Assembly (NCBI GenBank): GCA_030704615.1
Contig: CM060731.1
Coordinates: 28,892,001-28,956,000 of the forward strand
DNA: 64,000 nucleotides
From: Takakia lepidozioides
Lineage: Eukaryota > Plantae > Bryophyta
Direction: 5' to 3'
The notes below the pieces were generated by a model. That model was not told the origin of the DNA, searched no databases, and saw nothing but the letters and a program-made list of their open reading frames with translations. This document shows positions 25,936 through 39,400 of this stretch, one piece after another (position 1 is the stretch's first letter; each line of letters begins with the position of its first letter). The position numbers and the translations under genes were made by a program.

Positions 25936-27878
25936 ATTATTCCCCTCTCTTGAAAGTGTCTGAATTGCCAAAAATAGAGAAAATCCTTCTACACCAGTGT
26001 ATCAAAGTTCAAAATTGTCTGTAAATTATAAAATACCCAAGAAACAGAAACAAAATTGAGAGTGAGTAGTAGCCGTTAAGTTAACGCACTCCCTGCCAAG
26101 AACACTGCAAACTAAGAGAAATGCCTTCAAATGCAGGACTTGCGCCCAAGACTAAGAGAATGCCTCACAAAGCCGAACAGAGCCATGGCTTGCTTGAAAG
26201 ACTCAGGAAATAAATAAATGCCTTTGCTTTTGCTTTTCCCTGGAAGATGAAGAGACGGAGAGGGGGAGCGTATGTGGGGGTGTATGTAACTGTACAAGGA
26301 GTAGGCGGATTGTAGAGGAATAGTCCGGGCCACTGTCTGTGAGCCCTGCTGCTGCTGGCCAGGCACTTTCTCCCATGCTTTTTCCTGCTTGCTCAAGCCC
26401 CGGAGATCTTCCCCGTACTTTGCTTCACTACAGTGCAAGGCACATGTCAGTGGGATTGTCTTCGCTTGGTCTGCAGGGTGAGAGGTAGGAGTCCCTGTTG
26501 AAGATACCTCCTGAAGATGCTGCTGGGCTTTTGGCCTGAAGAACCCACAACGACGTCCATGTTGATGACTGAATTTAGCTTCCACCAATCCAAGACTGTC
26601 TGGGGACTCGGATTTGATGGTGCCCATCTCTGACTAGTTTCGGTAGCTTGTGATGATGCGTTGAGAGGGTGAGGGGTTGTTTGATTTCTCTCTGTCAAGT
26701 CCGGCTGGACAGCTCCTGCCAAAGCTAAGCTCATCGGGTGATGGAGTGGGGGCTAAGTGGGGGGTAGAGCTTCTTCTGCACCTTTTCGTGAGAAAGGTGG
26801 AACCTTTGCACTTGGGCGTCATCAATTTCGCTAACACGAAGAAGGCTTAGTTTATCCTGCACCAGGCTCAGGCTTTAAGCTGCCTGTGGACCGAAGTGGT
26901 GGGTGCCAACCACAAGCCACATAGCAGGCCACTGTAACTTGGTCTGTCAATCTCCTGATCCTTTTGAAAAATATGTGGGCAGCAATAAGAGCATTCGAAG
27001 ATAGCATATGCTGACGTTGGAAAGGAACTGCACAGCCCCAGTACAGCTTCTAGGAGTATCCATAAGCAACCTATCGAGTTAACTCAGTTGTCTAGTTCAC
27101 ACTCGCCTCGTCAGGGAAAAAGCGAGAATGGGGCTTTTCCTTTGGGCAGATAAAGAGAAGGTGAAGACTTAGAGAGCTTGAGCTCGGTTTTTTCATATCA
27201 TTCTTATTGCGTATGTGGCCCCTGCCAGTTAATAGACAGTGAGGACAAGGGCATCACTGGTCCAGGGAGTCATTGGCAACAAAGTGGTACAGTAATTTGA
27301 TGACCCGCTCACGTGCAAGTCAACTCTGAGGAATGCGAAGGCATGGTCTTTCTAGCATCGGATTACGAAAAGTGAGAGCTTTGGAATCTATTGTCATGAA
27401 CCCTGTAGTATGAGAGCTCCTTCAGTGCAGGTTGTGCTGCAAGCAGTCTGATTGAAATGATACGAGACCTGACCGGGATGCCTACAAATGCCACGCCATC
27501 TCCATCAGGACCGGTACCTCACTCCAATACCATCCATCTTCCTCTTGCAATCATGGCCGTTTGCATTTTACCCATTTGCATGTCGCAACCACTCACGCTG
27601 ACGTTGACATGGCCTGAAGCTCACTGGGTTGGACGGTAAATTTCCGCAACTGTTGGTCTAGCTCTGTCAGAAGAGTTTTACGTGAGGCTGGGGTCGAATA
27701 AATGGACATGATAGTATGGCTTCTTCTGCACACTGTTCTTGCCTTGGTTGCGAAAATCTTTCTTCCTTTAGAAAATTGGTAGATTGTTGGTTAGAGTTGA
27801 TACTCTCTATATCATTTTGGTTGAGTTCCCTTCCTCTGATCTGTTTGGTCAGCGTTCGTTTGAACCACTGGACATCAC

Positions 27879-30800
27879 ATGGAAGACAAACTTGCTGCGC
27901 GTTATAATCTCTCTTACAGGACACCTACCACTCTCTCTGAGAAAAGATCTCAGCATGCCTGTATTTACGTCATGTGCATTGTGCGGTTGGATATGATGCA
28001 GTTGTCCCCTCGAGCAGGTGGAGCATTGAGTCCTGAAGGGCCATTTATGCTAGAATTCAACATGCAATTGTCTGCTGCAGAGACAAAAACTACTGGCAGC
28101 ACGGATATACTTGCTACTTTAGGGGGCTCCAGCAAGCCACCAATGCTGGAGCTTAATAGTAAGTTCTTAGGGTGCTCTCTTCAGTACCAAATTTTGGGAC
28201 CTCTGCACCCAGATAGCAGCCTCACAACCTGCTTACTGGCTGGGGGCCCTGTCCCCTCCCTTGGGAGGGGTGCCCCTGCAGAGCAATTTGAACTCCAACC
28301 TTCCATGTATGATGATGAGGGTGGGTCTGAGACTCCTGCATCCCGGCTCATTGACTTCGAGCAGAAAGTGACAGAACCAACTGCAAATGATCCTCAAGAG
28401 CAGTGGAGAGAAAGAAAAGGGGGAGGGGAGGAATCTAGGATGGCAACATCCAGAGGGAGGCGAACAAGAGACAGTAGTTTCTCCTTAGAGGAACAGGCTC
28501 GCATGGCGGCTGGATGGGAAAGCCATGAAACTTCAGGCTTTGAGACTGACAAAGGTCCTGAGAGATTGGGTGAGGGGTCCTACACGGTGGCAGGGGAGCA
28601 TTGGTGCCAAGATAAGATATATACTGATGACTGCAATCGATTGCAGGCCATGGACAGTGCATCATGGTGGGGCCAAAAGAGGGCCAAAACAAATCACAAA
28701 ACGAATGAGAAGTGCAAGTACCCACCAATGTTATGTGTCTCAAAACCTGAAAGTCACCCTGACGACCAAGAACAAACAAGCCTCATTGTGTGGAAAAGTT
28801 TTCCTGAAAGGCCATTGGTAGGACAACTTCTGGGACAAGAGTATCATCTTTCTGCATCAATGCAACAGCCAAAGGGGAAAGAAGAACCCAGACGAGAAGA
28901 TAGGGAGAATGAAACTGAATTCGTGACTCTGGAGGCTCTGAACAATATGCACCCAGGGAAAAAGCTACTTAACAATGGCCATACTTCTGACCAAACTCTG
29001 GAACAAACCCAGCCTCCATTGAATACCAATGACACTACCATTCAAGACCATAGAAATGCAGAGCAAGAGCAGCAGGTAAACCATGGTAGGATGTCTGAAG
29101 GGATGGATTTTGAGAGGCATCCCCGTCAGTGCACAGCCACTGGAACAGATAGTATACTTGAAAATACCCAACAGAGAGAGGCTCAAATTCGGTTTGGCCA
29201 GGATGGAGGGTTCCACAGTGTGTTTTCTGGAAGTGAGGGCTGGCAAGAGGGAGCTTGTGTGAGTGACTATCTGCTACTCACCAGCGCTATCCACAAAGCA
29301 CAGCTACTTGATCTCCAAGTAAAGGAGAATCAGCGGCACAAGAAACTGGAGGCCAGTGGTCACGACAACTTTTTGCTTGACCATGATGGAAGGTTGATAG
29401 ACCACTCTGAGAAATCTGTGTCATCTGGGTTACCAGGGTGCCTAGGTGATTGTCAGCAGGATGGTGGGTCCCCAGGTCATAGCAGCCTTCAATTGGCTTT
29501 AGGTGGGCAGGACTACTTGGGTGATGACAATTTCTTGGATTCCAGAGATGGCCAGCACCTCACGGCGAGGGAGGCTTATGAGAAAGCACGCCATGATCAA
29601 AATGGTGACCTTCCTGGAAAGCGTGTGTTTAAGCGGTCATCAAAAGGGGGTCCCCGCCGACCCAACATTATCAAGGGTCAGTGGACCCCAGAAGAAGACA
29701 GGTTAGAGCATCATCTATTCCAAGAAGGCCCCCCTCTCCACCTTTCCATCGCTCCTATGCTCGTGCAATGCAATGATTCATATCACCATATTTCACAAGA
29801 TGCATTGTAGAAGGGATTAGATTGACGAGTCTTCTCTCTTGGGCTTAGCAGCAACCATGAGCTTTTAGGAGCAGGCAGCAATTGCAAGCCACTGTGTGTG
29901 GAAAGTTGGTTGTAACCTCTTCAAAACATGCAGCTCCCTCGTGATAGGATATTGTAGTTCTTTCTCAGACTCGTCAAACCATCTTGTATTTGCTACAAAG
30001 ATTCACAAAGCAGAACCTTGGCATACAAGAGCAGAATCAAATGCGTCAGCGATGACAATGTGTCAGTAGGTACTTGATGGAGTTGGTGGAGAGGCATGGG
30101 CAGCAGCGCTGGTCACTCATCGCCACTTACTTGACTGGTCGCATAGGCAAGCAATGCCGCGAGCGCTGGCACAATCACCTCCGTCCTGACATCAAGGTAT
30201 ATTCCAAATGCCTGCCACAGAGAAATCTGCATGTCTGGAAAGACCTTGGTAGGCAGAGAGACCACATTTCTTGGATACACTGGGAAGAATTTCCGGCCAA
30301 GCCAAGCAATCACTTTCTCAAGTATATATCACTCAACAGTCTTCTTAAATGAGATATAATTGATCATGTATCAGATTGGAGGCCTACCCAGAGCTTCAGA
30401 TTAAGGCAGGCTTACAGAAGCAACTCCCGTAGTATAGTTTAATTACTTCCAGCAGATTGGACATCTAGCACGGCTCTCTGACCCTCCAAGGTTGCTGAAA
30501 AAGCAGATTCATCAGCTGCATATAGGCAGCAAGTTAGACTCCCATGATTTTGTCGATTCTCCCTACAGGCACTGATGATTTCGATATTCACCTATTTTTT
30601 CATAGGGTGCTACATGTGAGCTTGGTCCACCTCTCAACATGCACTTGTTCCTGGAGTCTCCTTGCTTCGCAGGATGAGTTTTGGGAAAAGGATAAACAAT
30701 CATATAAAAGCTTACCTGCTAGAGTTTTCTGCAAATGCACTTTCAAATGCACTGACAGCATGTTGATGAAACTTTGCAAAGAGAGATGGCTGGAATACTG

Positions 30801-32032
30801 AGGAAGAGGAAGCCCTTGTATCGGCCCACAACAAATTGGGAAACCGCTGGGCAGACATTGCTAAACTCATCCCAGGGCGCACCGAAAATGCAATCAAGAA
30901 TCACTGGAATGCTACCATGCGAAGAAAGGACTTACGCCGCAAGCACAGGAAGACCATTGATGGCTCATCAGACACCCTGGAAGTTGTACCTCGTTGCACA
31001 ATCCTCCGGGATTACCAGCAGAAGGTGGTTGCACAATCTGAGCGGAAAAGCTGTTCTCCCAAACCCCCCACTTTGGATGACCCAGACTGTCTTGGGGGTG
31101 ACCATGATGAATCCTTCTCAGGAACCCCAGACTCGGACTCTCCCCAATTAACGTGTGACTCCACCACCGGCTGGACATCCACTGGGAACAAGGGCCAGGT
31201 AAATATTTGCTCATTCTGTTCCTTCAATCTTTCCTTAGAAAGACTGCTGCGCGTGCAAATTGAGATATTGGGGTAATATATCTTGTACTCTACAAAATAT
31301 AGCATTCTAAGCCTTTCGAACTTTAAACTCGTGCAGATTGACAGTCCTTCTCTCTCTTCCCATTTTGAGGAGATGCACTCTGCCGAAGTTGAACACATGA
31401 TGCGCATAGTGTGTGCGAGTGACCAAGATGACGATGGAGAGGTGAGTGCGAGTTATACCAATGTGCTAGCACATGGAAATGCCATGCTACAGTGTGCTGG
31501 TTATGGTCCATATGTGACCTGCGCTGCACCCTCGCCCTTGCAGGTGCGTGTCTCGGTTTGGGGTGAAGGTGCAGTGAGCAACAAAGCTGCATACCCAAGC
31601 ACCCCAGTCACCATATGGGGTGCTGGGGCTTGGGGAGGAGGAGTCCTGTATGAAGCAGGAAGTGGTCAGAGTGGTGATGCTACAATCTGGCCTCAAAATG
31701 GTGGCGCAAATTTTGATGGCTCATCTTGCAGTGCTGGGTATGAGGTCCTCCATCCTAAGGAGGATGTCAAGCAAACTGGCTGCAGCTTTCCCCCTGCTCT
31801 TGTCTCCTGCAAATCCTGTGAAGAACCAGTTTTTCAGAACCTGCAGCCGCAAGAGCTCAAAGACATGGATATCGCAGTTTCCCAGCTTGGAACCGTGGGT
31901 GTGATAAATGATAGCTCGTCACACTGTTCGTCTCTTCCTTTCCCACTGGAGCCAGAACAAGCTTCAGAGTGCAAAATAGGAATCCTGGATCCAAACACTG
32001 TGATGGTTGAGGACTATCAGCTATGGGTCTGA
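27879..32032 (+). CDS. R2R3-MYB transcription factor, MYB98/64/119 (FGMYB-like) clade
   Basis: Exons ~27879-29701 (long N-terminus ending [12 protein letters not shown]), 30070-30196 ([35 protein letters not shown]), 30782-31198 ([40 protein letters not shown]) and 31337-32032. Intron positions are canonical for R2R3-MYBs. The start codon is uncertain. Confidence 0.9.
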
Positions 32033-33431
32033 GGAATTATGGTAGTGGACAGGGCTGCCCATCAGCAATAGATCTGCCGCCCCGCGACTCTAGGAGCTCT
32101 TTTAGTTTTGAAGGACTGTAGTCACAGCCGTCTGAAAAAACCAAAGCGTCCATTCTTGCAAGCCGGTCTTTCTACCAAGCATCCACGTCCCTCTACAAGA
32201 TGTTGTGTTAACTAAATTGGAAGCCAATCTATCAGCAGACACACAGACTAACGATGCAATCTACAACGAGCCTCTACAACAAGTATTCAATTGGTGTTCT
32301 CAGATTAGTGTCACTCATTGTGCACAGAGATTTTGAAAAAGTATGCATAGTTACAGACCAAAGCAGCAGGCACAGCTAGAGCCATGTGCAGCGTTAGTAG
32401 ACAGAGGACCTTTTCAGTGCAAAAAGCAGTAATTCTGGCAGACCTGATCTTCAATTTGTGATCTGATCTTTTGGCGATACAATCTTGGGGGTGACCCATA
32501 AATTGCCGTCTGTGATGACCAACACTCATAATGCGAACTGTCCTATTCGCAAACAGGCTGCTGTATAGCCAGTTCTAGAAGCAGAAAAGAAAGCACCCAA
32601 AATCATCGATCTTCAAGTAAATTACTTCACACGGACTGACCAATATCCAAAGATAGAGACCCAACAACTCTACAATTTACATAAGAAAGGAGCCAGAGAG
32701 GAGCCACCTACCAAGACTGATCTCACTTTGAACTGCTCCGTGCCAGCTGAGGAAGAATGCGACGAGGCACAGAGGAGATCCCACAAACTAAGAGATGAAG
32801 TGCGCCACACTAAAGAGTTGGTTCTTGACTACCAGCTGGGGGAAAATTATGAGAACCCAGAGAGGAGATCCCACCCAAGAGCGTGAACTTGAAGGCGTAT
32901 TGATCTTCACAGACAGAGACTGCTCTGTAGGAGGACTTCGTTACAGAGGAGTCGAAGCCACCTATCCGGGTGAAGAAGTTGTTACGCTGCAGCGAATATT
33001 CCAAAAGTTTGTTACGATTTGGTACTTGCAAGCAGTGATTGCATGCCGTAACAACCCAGCCTGGGATTGCTTGATTACTTCTTAAATGCGCAACTAACAA
33101 TAAGGGAACGATCTACTGACGTTAACTTGTGTCATTCTTAATAAGACACATTTGGTTCACAGCGTGAGTATCTACATAGGAAGGTATCTCCAGACTCCAG
33201 ACCCGCCAGAACTTTCTCCAGTTTAGGCCACCCTGACACGACCCAACAGCCTGAACTAGTCATGGCTGGACATGTGGGCCACTTCGCCGCGCTTTTTTTT
33301 CGGGATTTCCATGCAACCTTCTCGGAGCTCCAATCCTTAATTTTGCCATTTGCACTTTAGCCACAAAGTTTTTATTTTGTGGGGGAAGTGTGTGGATTTT
33401 GAGGTTCGGATGCTGTTGATGCACAAATGGC

Positions 33432-36400
33432 ATGGCGAAATCAGGGCGGGGAGGAAACGAGGAAACGTTGTTAGACAACAAGTACCTCTTGCCAACAGAT
33501 GGCACCTTTCCCTGCGTGCATGCTGTATATCTCGCGGTGCCCATCACATCTTTTCACTCTTGGAGTGGAATCGTTGTGGGTATGAACAGGCAGAGTGGAG
33601 TGTACTCTGAATGTCAATTGATTGGAGGTATCTGTACGTGGTGTGCCGACACGGTTGAGTAATGGTACATGCTACGAAAAAGATGGAGTTGTGTTATCAA
33701 TGCTTTGTTTGCCGGTCAGCTCCTTCTTGAGCTGGATTCGTGCTGGAATTACTGATGCAACGGAAGGCTGAAGTGCCCGTCGATGCACGGATTTTGAGCA
33801 CGTTCAAATTGGAGTGGCGACAACGGTGGGGTAGTGGCTTCTGGCGGAGGTGGGATTGTGTAATCACTGTCTTTGTGTGCCGATTAGAGTGAATCGTTGT
33901 TTGGTCTGACGAGATAAGAGAATTTGCAAGAGTGAAGTGGCTGCAATTGGAGCACCTTTGAAGTGAGTGGTGACGACAGTTGACAAATGGAAAACGTTGT
34001 TGAAGAAGGTGGACTCTTTACCCAATCTCTCAACCGTTGAGGTCTTCAAAGTACCACATAGAGCCTAACGGACTGGATCCTCTCTCCTGGTGCATGAAGC
34101 TGTGTCAGGACGGTCAATGGGCAGTTTGAGTTCAAAGTCAAACGGAACTTTTCTGTGCCTAGTTTGCAGCTGCTTCGGATTGTTTACTCTAGCGACAATT
34201 TGCATGGCATGTAGGACAGTAGGTGATTTTAGCCAGAAACTTGTCGTGCAACTCCTGCTATTCTCAGCGTTTACGGGTGGTTCTTTAACAGCTTTGAGTT
34301 TCATACGGAGGTAGGGGTCCATGGAAGGAGCTTTCAGTTTACTTGGTCAGTCTTCATCTCGTTGTATTAAGTAGCTATAGCTTGTCGTTTTGACCTGCAT
34401 CTTGGTATTGGCAGAAATTGAGGATGCTTTGTCTGCTCGTCTAGCAGCACCGATCGGCCCTCTGGTATACACATTGCCTCTTCCTTGCTTGTCACCAACT
34501 AAACATGCCCTGATGTAAACTGACAAATTCATGGACTCTCTGTCCTCCCTGTCATGACGACCCAAGGCAATTCTTTTCATGTTGGTTTGTTCCAGTTCTG
34601 GGCTTTACACATCACCCACACTAAGCTTCCAGGACTCACTTTTTATTCTCTTTGGGCAGTTAACTTTTGTCCATGTTTGTAGATTGGACAAGAGTGTGCC
34701 TTGTGTACAGTTCGAGATACCACAGTCGAACAGTCTCACCAGAAACCTAACCCAAATATGATGTCTGGGGTGATTCTGGGGCAGACCTCACCAGTGATAA
34801 AGGGCTGGCGAGGCTTGGCTCATTATCGCACTTGGAGTCAACGTCAGGTTTTGCAGAAGAGGTAAAATGTCATCCTTTTTTCTTGTCAGTCAGCACATAC
34901 GTCAACCATGGTGAACTTGGATGCTTAGACTCCCCCCACCTTCTTGCAGTATTCTGCCTGACTCATCTATAGCTTTCCAGTCGGTCATTGGGTGAAATGA
35001 ATCCACTTTAAGACCCAAATCCAGAGGGCAGAAGAAGGTTGTTAGGATAGGGGAAGGACACTCTCCTGCTGGGTAAACCTAACATCAATTCACTGAATTT
35101 ATCATGACCTGTGGCTCTGATACTGCACTTTCAGCATGGTCCCTCCTGCTACCTCTTAAATCCTTTCTGCTAGACATAATTGGGGGCTCTTTATTACATA
35201 TGCAAGTCCTGATAGTTGCGTGTTAACTATTTAATACATGTATCATGCATGTGTCCCACTTCCATGGCTGTAAATTGTAAAAGCTCGGGGGAGAGAACTG
35301 CAAGTGACTTATATTTACTGGAAGAACTTGTCACCAATGTGAAGTTCATTTGCGATCTTCCTCTCTCAAAACGGCTAGAGGCACGTTGACACTCCCAACT
35401 GACTCTGTTTGCCATTAGTGAAAGCTGGTTGTGGTATAACTAGGGCAGCATAATTGAATTCCTCTATATGGTTCGACCTAAGCACCTGCCTGGCCCCCAG
35501 GTTTACTGGCCTCACTTCATACAGGAACAGCAGCAAGGCGATTATAACTTTCCAACATTCCAATTCAGATTGGGAACAAATGGATAGATTGAGAGAAACG
35601 ATTGTAGAACAGACAGACAGGACACTGTTTTGCTAGGATATACCGTTGAATGAAACATTCATCTAGCCCTCAGAAACATGTCATTGTTGTAATGATCAGC
35701 GGTTCGTGACCTTTCCTACCAATGTGAGAATAGAGGGATGATTAAGCTTACTGAGCTCAGACAGAGGTTTGTTTTCAAGCTCCTGTATTTGCAACGACAG
35801 GTGTGCAAGGTGGTGGGCTATGAGCGGCATGATCCCAACTCGAAGGGTATGTCTTCATTTACTTCACTTCTTTTTTACCATCATTTTTCTATGCCAACTA
35901 TTTGAAGGCATATTTCTCAGTTGCTTTGCAGCAGGCCTTGGGCCCCCTCTAGTGAGAGGTGAATGTCATGGTTGCTACGTGGTACTATTCATGCGTACCT
36001 CCGGAGGAGTGTTATGAAGCTGTCAACGCACATATTGCAGCGTTGTGAGAGCTGTCACTGTTGGGTGGCAGTTTGTAAACAGGGACAGAAGGGCAACATA
36101 TTCTACATTGTGTTCACAGGGTCTTTGAAGGTACGATGTTGTTCATTCTTTACACCATTTCTCCTTACACAGCATTGTGTTTTGAACTATCATGTCTTAT
36201 ATCTTCCTAAAGACCTCAACAGTCTAGGTCAACATGTAAAATGGAGATGCAGTAGGAAATGTGCTGATTCTAGAGAGAAACAAGACAAGTTCAGCACCCC
36301 GAGTCTAGGTGCTGTCTTGCACCATACTTTCAGTCAATGTCTGTAGTTTCATACAGCTTTCAAGTTTCATTGAATGCGGTTTAACAATGTGGGGCAGGCT

Positions 36401-39400
36401 ATTGTGCATGCTCAAGGGGTGCAAGATGATGCCATCACTGTCATCAATGCTGGGCAATGGTTTGGTGATATGGCGCTCGAATCAGAAAATTTCATCCGGT
36501 TTGTTCTGACAGGTCTTCTGTTGTACACTGATAAATATAGAGTACTAGAGGCCTTTTCCCATGACTGGCAGCCAGACTGCTGAATCATTAGCCCAAAGGC
36601 TTTGGGCAGAGCCTAGAATTAGGCACACTTCAGCCTATGAAATGAACACAATTACTACATGACTGGCAATGGCCTGAAGAGAGAGGCATTTGCAGATCGT
36701 CCAAGAGAAAGCTTCTGCCCCCATTCAACGCCACAATCCTTGGGTTTCCAGGGGAGTTTGGTTGGAAGACGGAGTTCTCCGCTGCTCCCCATGGTGGCAG
36801 CCACGTAGTATCCACAACGATTTTATAACTATCCATGCTGCGTTAGCTAAACTCTAACTTTCAGGTCCCCCTTGCCGGTTGTGTGGTAAGGCCCTAGCAA
36901 TTATACTGCCCTACTCAAACATCTTTGGCCATGAACTGCTGCATACTGACGGCTGAGCACATCGCAGTTGGTGGGAGCTTTGCCAGTGTGCAAGGACTCA
37001 TGTGGGAAACTTTGATAGGAAATATGACCCTGTCCACTGTGACTAAAACTGTTATGGATTGTGCTCCTGGGACTTCCACTGGGGACCTGTGAGCCAAGCC
37101 TACAGGGCATGTGTAGCTCAAGGATTTCATCTTCTGACACCTGTACAGAGTCTAGCCTGCATCACTTCCTGGTAAAGCAAACACACTATAAATGTTAAAT
37201 ACTTTTATAATCTGGGAAGTAGCTCTGTTGCATGAGGACGAAGGCATCCGTTTCCATTCTAGTGAAAAGGGACTTGCCTGGGTAAGAGTAGGTGTGAAAG
37301 TTAGTTGACAACCCCTTGAGCAAATTGTAACATTAGTCAGGGTTTACTGTGGTTACAGGGAAGCTACATGCATCACTCGTGAGAAGGTACATATCTGAAT
37401 CAGTTGAAGCCTCAAAGTTTGTACAATGTCTTTCATCAGGCTATAGTCCATGGTAAGGCAAATCTACCTGGTGTGAATGTTCATCGAGTTTTGTATGTGA
37501 GGTGAAACTCGGGAGGTTGGTTTTAGCTGTAATCATTATGAACCACCAATCCACAATAAACTGGTCATCTATTTTTCCTGCCCAAAAGATTGTGTTGTGT
37601 AGTCAGAGCTGCTGACTCTAAGCAAGCATGACTATGAGTCCATTCTCAACATTCAAAAGACTGCTGAGCTCACTGAGCGTGTCCAATTTCTCCAGGTGAC
37701 CCTCTTTTCCTCTGTTGGTGCCAGTCTCATGAGTCAAGCATTTTTGTTCTGAAGTATGCAATTGAGTGAGGTGTCTGAAAGCAGAGGGGACATGCATAAC
37801 AACTGGCAAGCAATTAGTTTGTGAGTTGATGGGAACACAAGATGAACCATGGGCCTGAGTGCCCCATGGGTGTGCAAGCTTCGGAGTGGATTAGCAGCAT
37901 AGACACCAGAGGGGTGATCCAAACAAAAGAAAGCACTCTGGCTTAGATGGACGAAATGAGATGAAATGAAAAAATGCTTTATAACGTCCGCGGAAAGCTC
38001 ATAGAGCTTATGGGAGAAAACATGAGAGAGGAATCAAAACCAGAGCTAAGAATAAAAACTACTATTGCTCGAGTGATTGTCTAAGGGTGAAGGCCTCGTG
38101 CAGGTGAAGTGAAACGTAATGGTGAAAAGGGAATCATCATTTCCTAGTAGGATTAGAAATACCACCTTTCCGATCATCTACTGAATTTTTTAATGACCCA
38201 AACCTAGACTGAATGGAGGGGCAGTTCCTAACCATGTGCGCGTGAAACTTCTAACTGGAGGCACCTGGGAGGTGCACTAAATTAGCTCAGACCAAGATCC
38301 TTGATGAATCTGGAACTTCATGTTGTGCCCCATTAACTTGTGCATGAGGTGTGTCTCTTATCAAACAACCGCCGATAGGCCTTTCTAACAAGAGAAAGGG
38401 TTCACAATGGGTGCTTGTTTTGGGCAGAGCATTGCTACATTCCAGAATGTGTCAAAGCAAAGCCTGACGCGGCTGGCTAATGTCCTAACACACCGCTCTT
38501 TTGGAAAAAACAGGGGTATGCCTCCCTTTGAATCTAGTACTTTGAAGTCTCCTAGTTAATGTCAAGCTTAAGTTACATGTTAGAATTGGAGATAATAGAG
38601 TGCTTAGAGAAATGAAATGAAATGACACTTTATAGCGTCTGCGGAAAGCTCAAAGAGCTTATGGGACAAGAGAAAGCATGAAACAAGAAAGAGAGAGGGG
38701 CCTTCCACAAGCATCCCAGAAACAACTATTGTTCAAGGGATTGCCTCATGCAGATACGCTGCTTAGCATTTCTGATCCTCATAATGGAAGACATCTGTGG
38801 GAGAAAGGAAATGAAATGGTACTTTATAACGTCCTCGGAAGCTCAAAGAGCTCATGGGACAGAGGAAAGCAGCATACAAGAGAGAAGGGGGGGGCCTCAG
38901 CAAGCAGCCCAAAGACAGCCATTCATCAAGAGATTCTGTAAGATGGAAAGCCTCAGTAGATATACCGAAAAATGAAATGGTACTTTAAAGTTAGAAAACT
39001 GCCCCTGTCCTCACTTAACGATGTTGAGAGATAGTTTTACTGTGCACAAGTAGCAGACAAAATTTGACAGCTGAATGATACAGGAATTGACTAGTACTAA
39101 AAAGATGAGAAAACTGGAGACTGGAAGCTCCCTTGCTCCCTACTCAAAAGAAAGCTAATAGAGTTGTCTGTAGATGCTGGACTTCTCCTTCTGCAATCTA
39201 CCAGGATAGCACATCAACCTACATGCTACAAGAAGTACTCGCTTTGCCTCAGCCTTTCCTTCAATCCTAAACAGGTCCTCTGGAACCTTCTGGAAGGAAC
39301 CATCTTTAGCCATTAAAAAAACCCTAACCAAACCCTAGCTAACAGTCCCAATGATTAGCTAAATCTCAGCTGACTTTCAACAATAATGACTGCAGAAAGC

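Noticed and set aside
26127-26837. 166-aa, 95-aa and 67-aa minus-strand ORFs upstream of the MYB
   Set aside because: No domain signal or consistent exon structure. Could be UTR or non-coding transcript, but this is unsupported.
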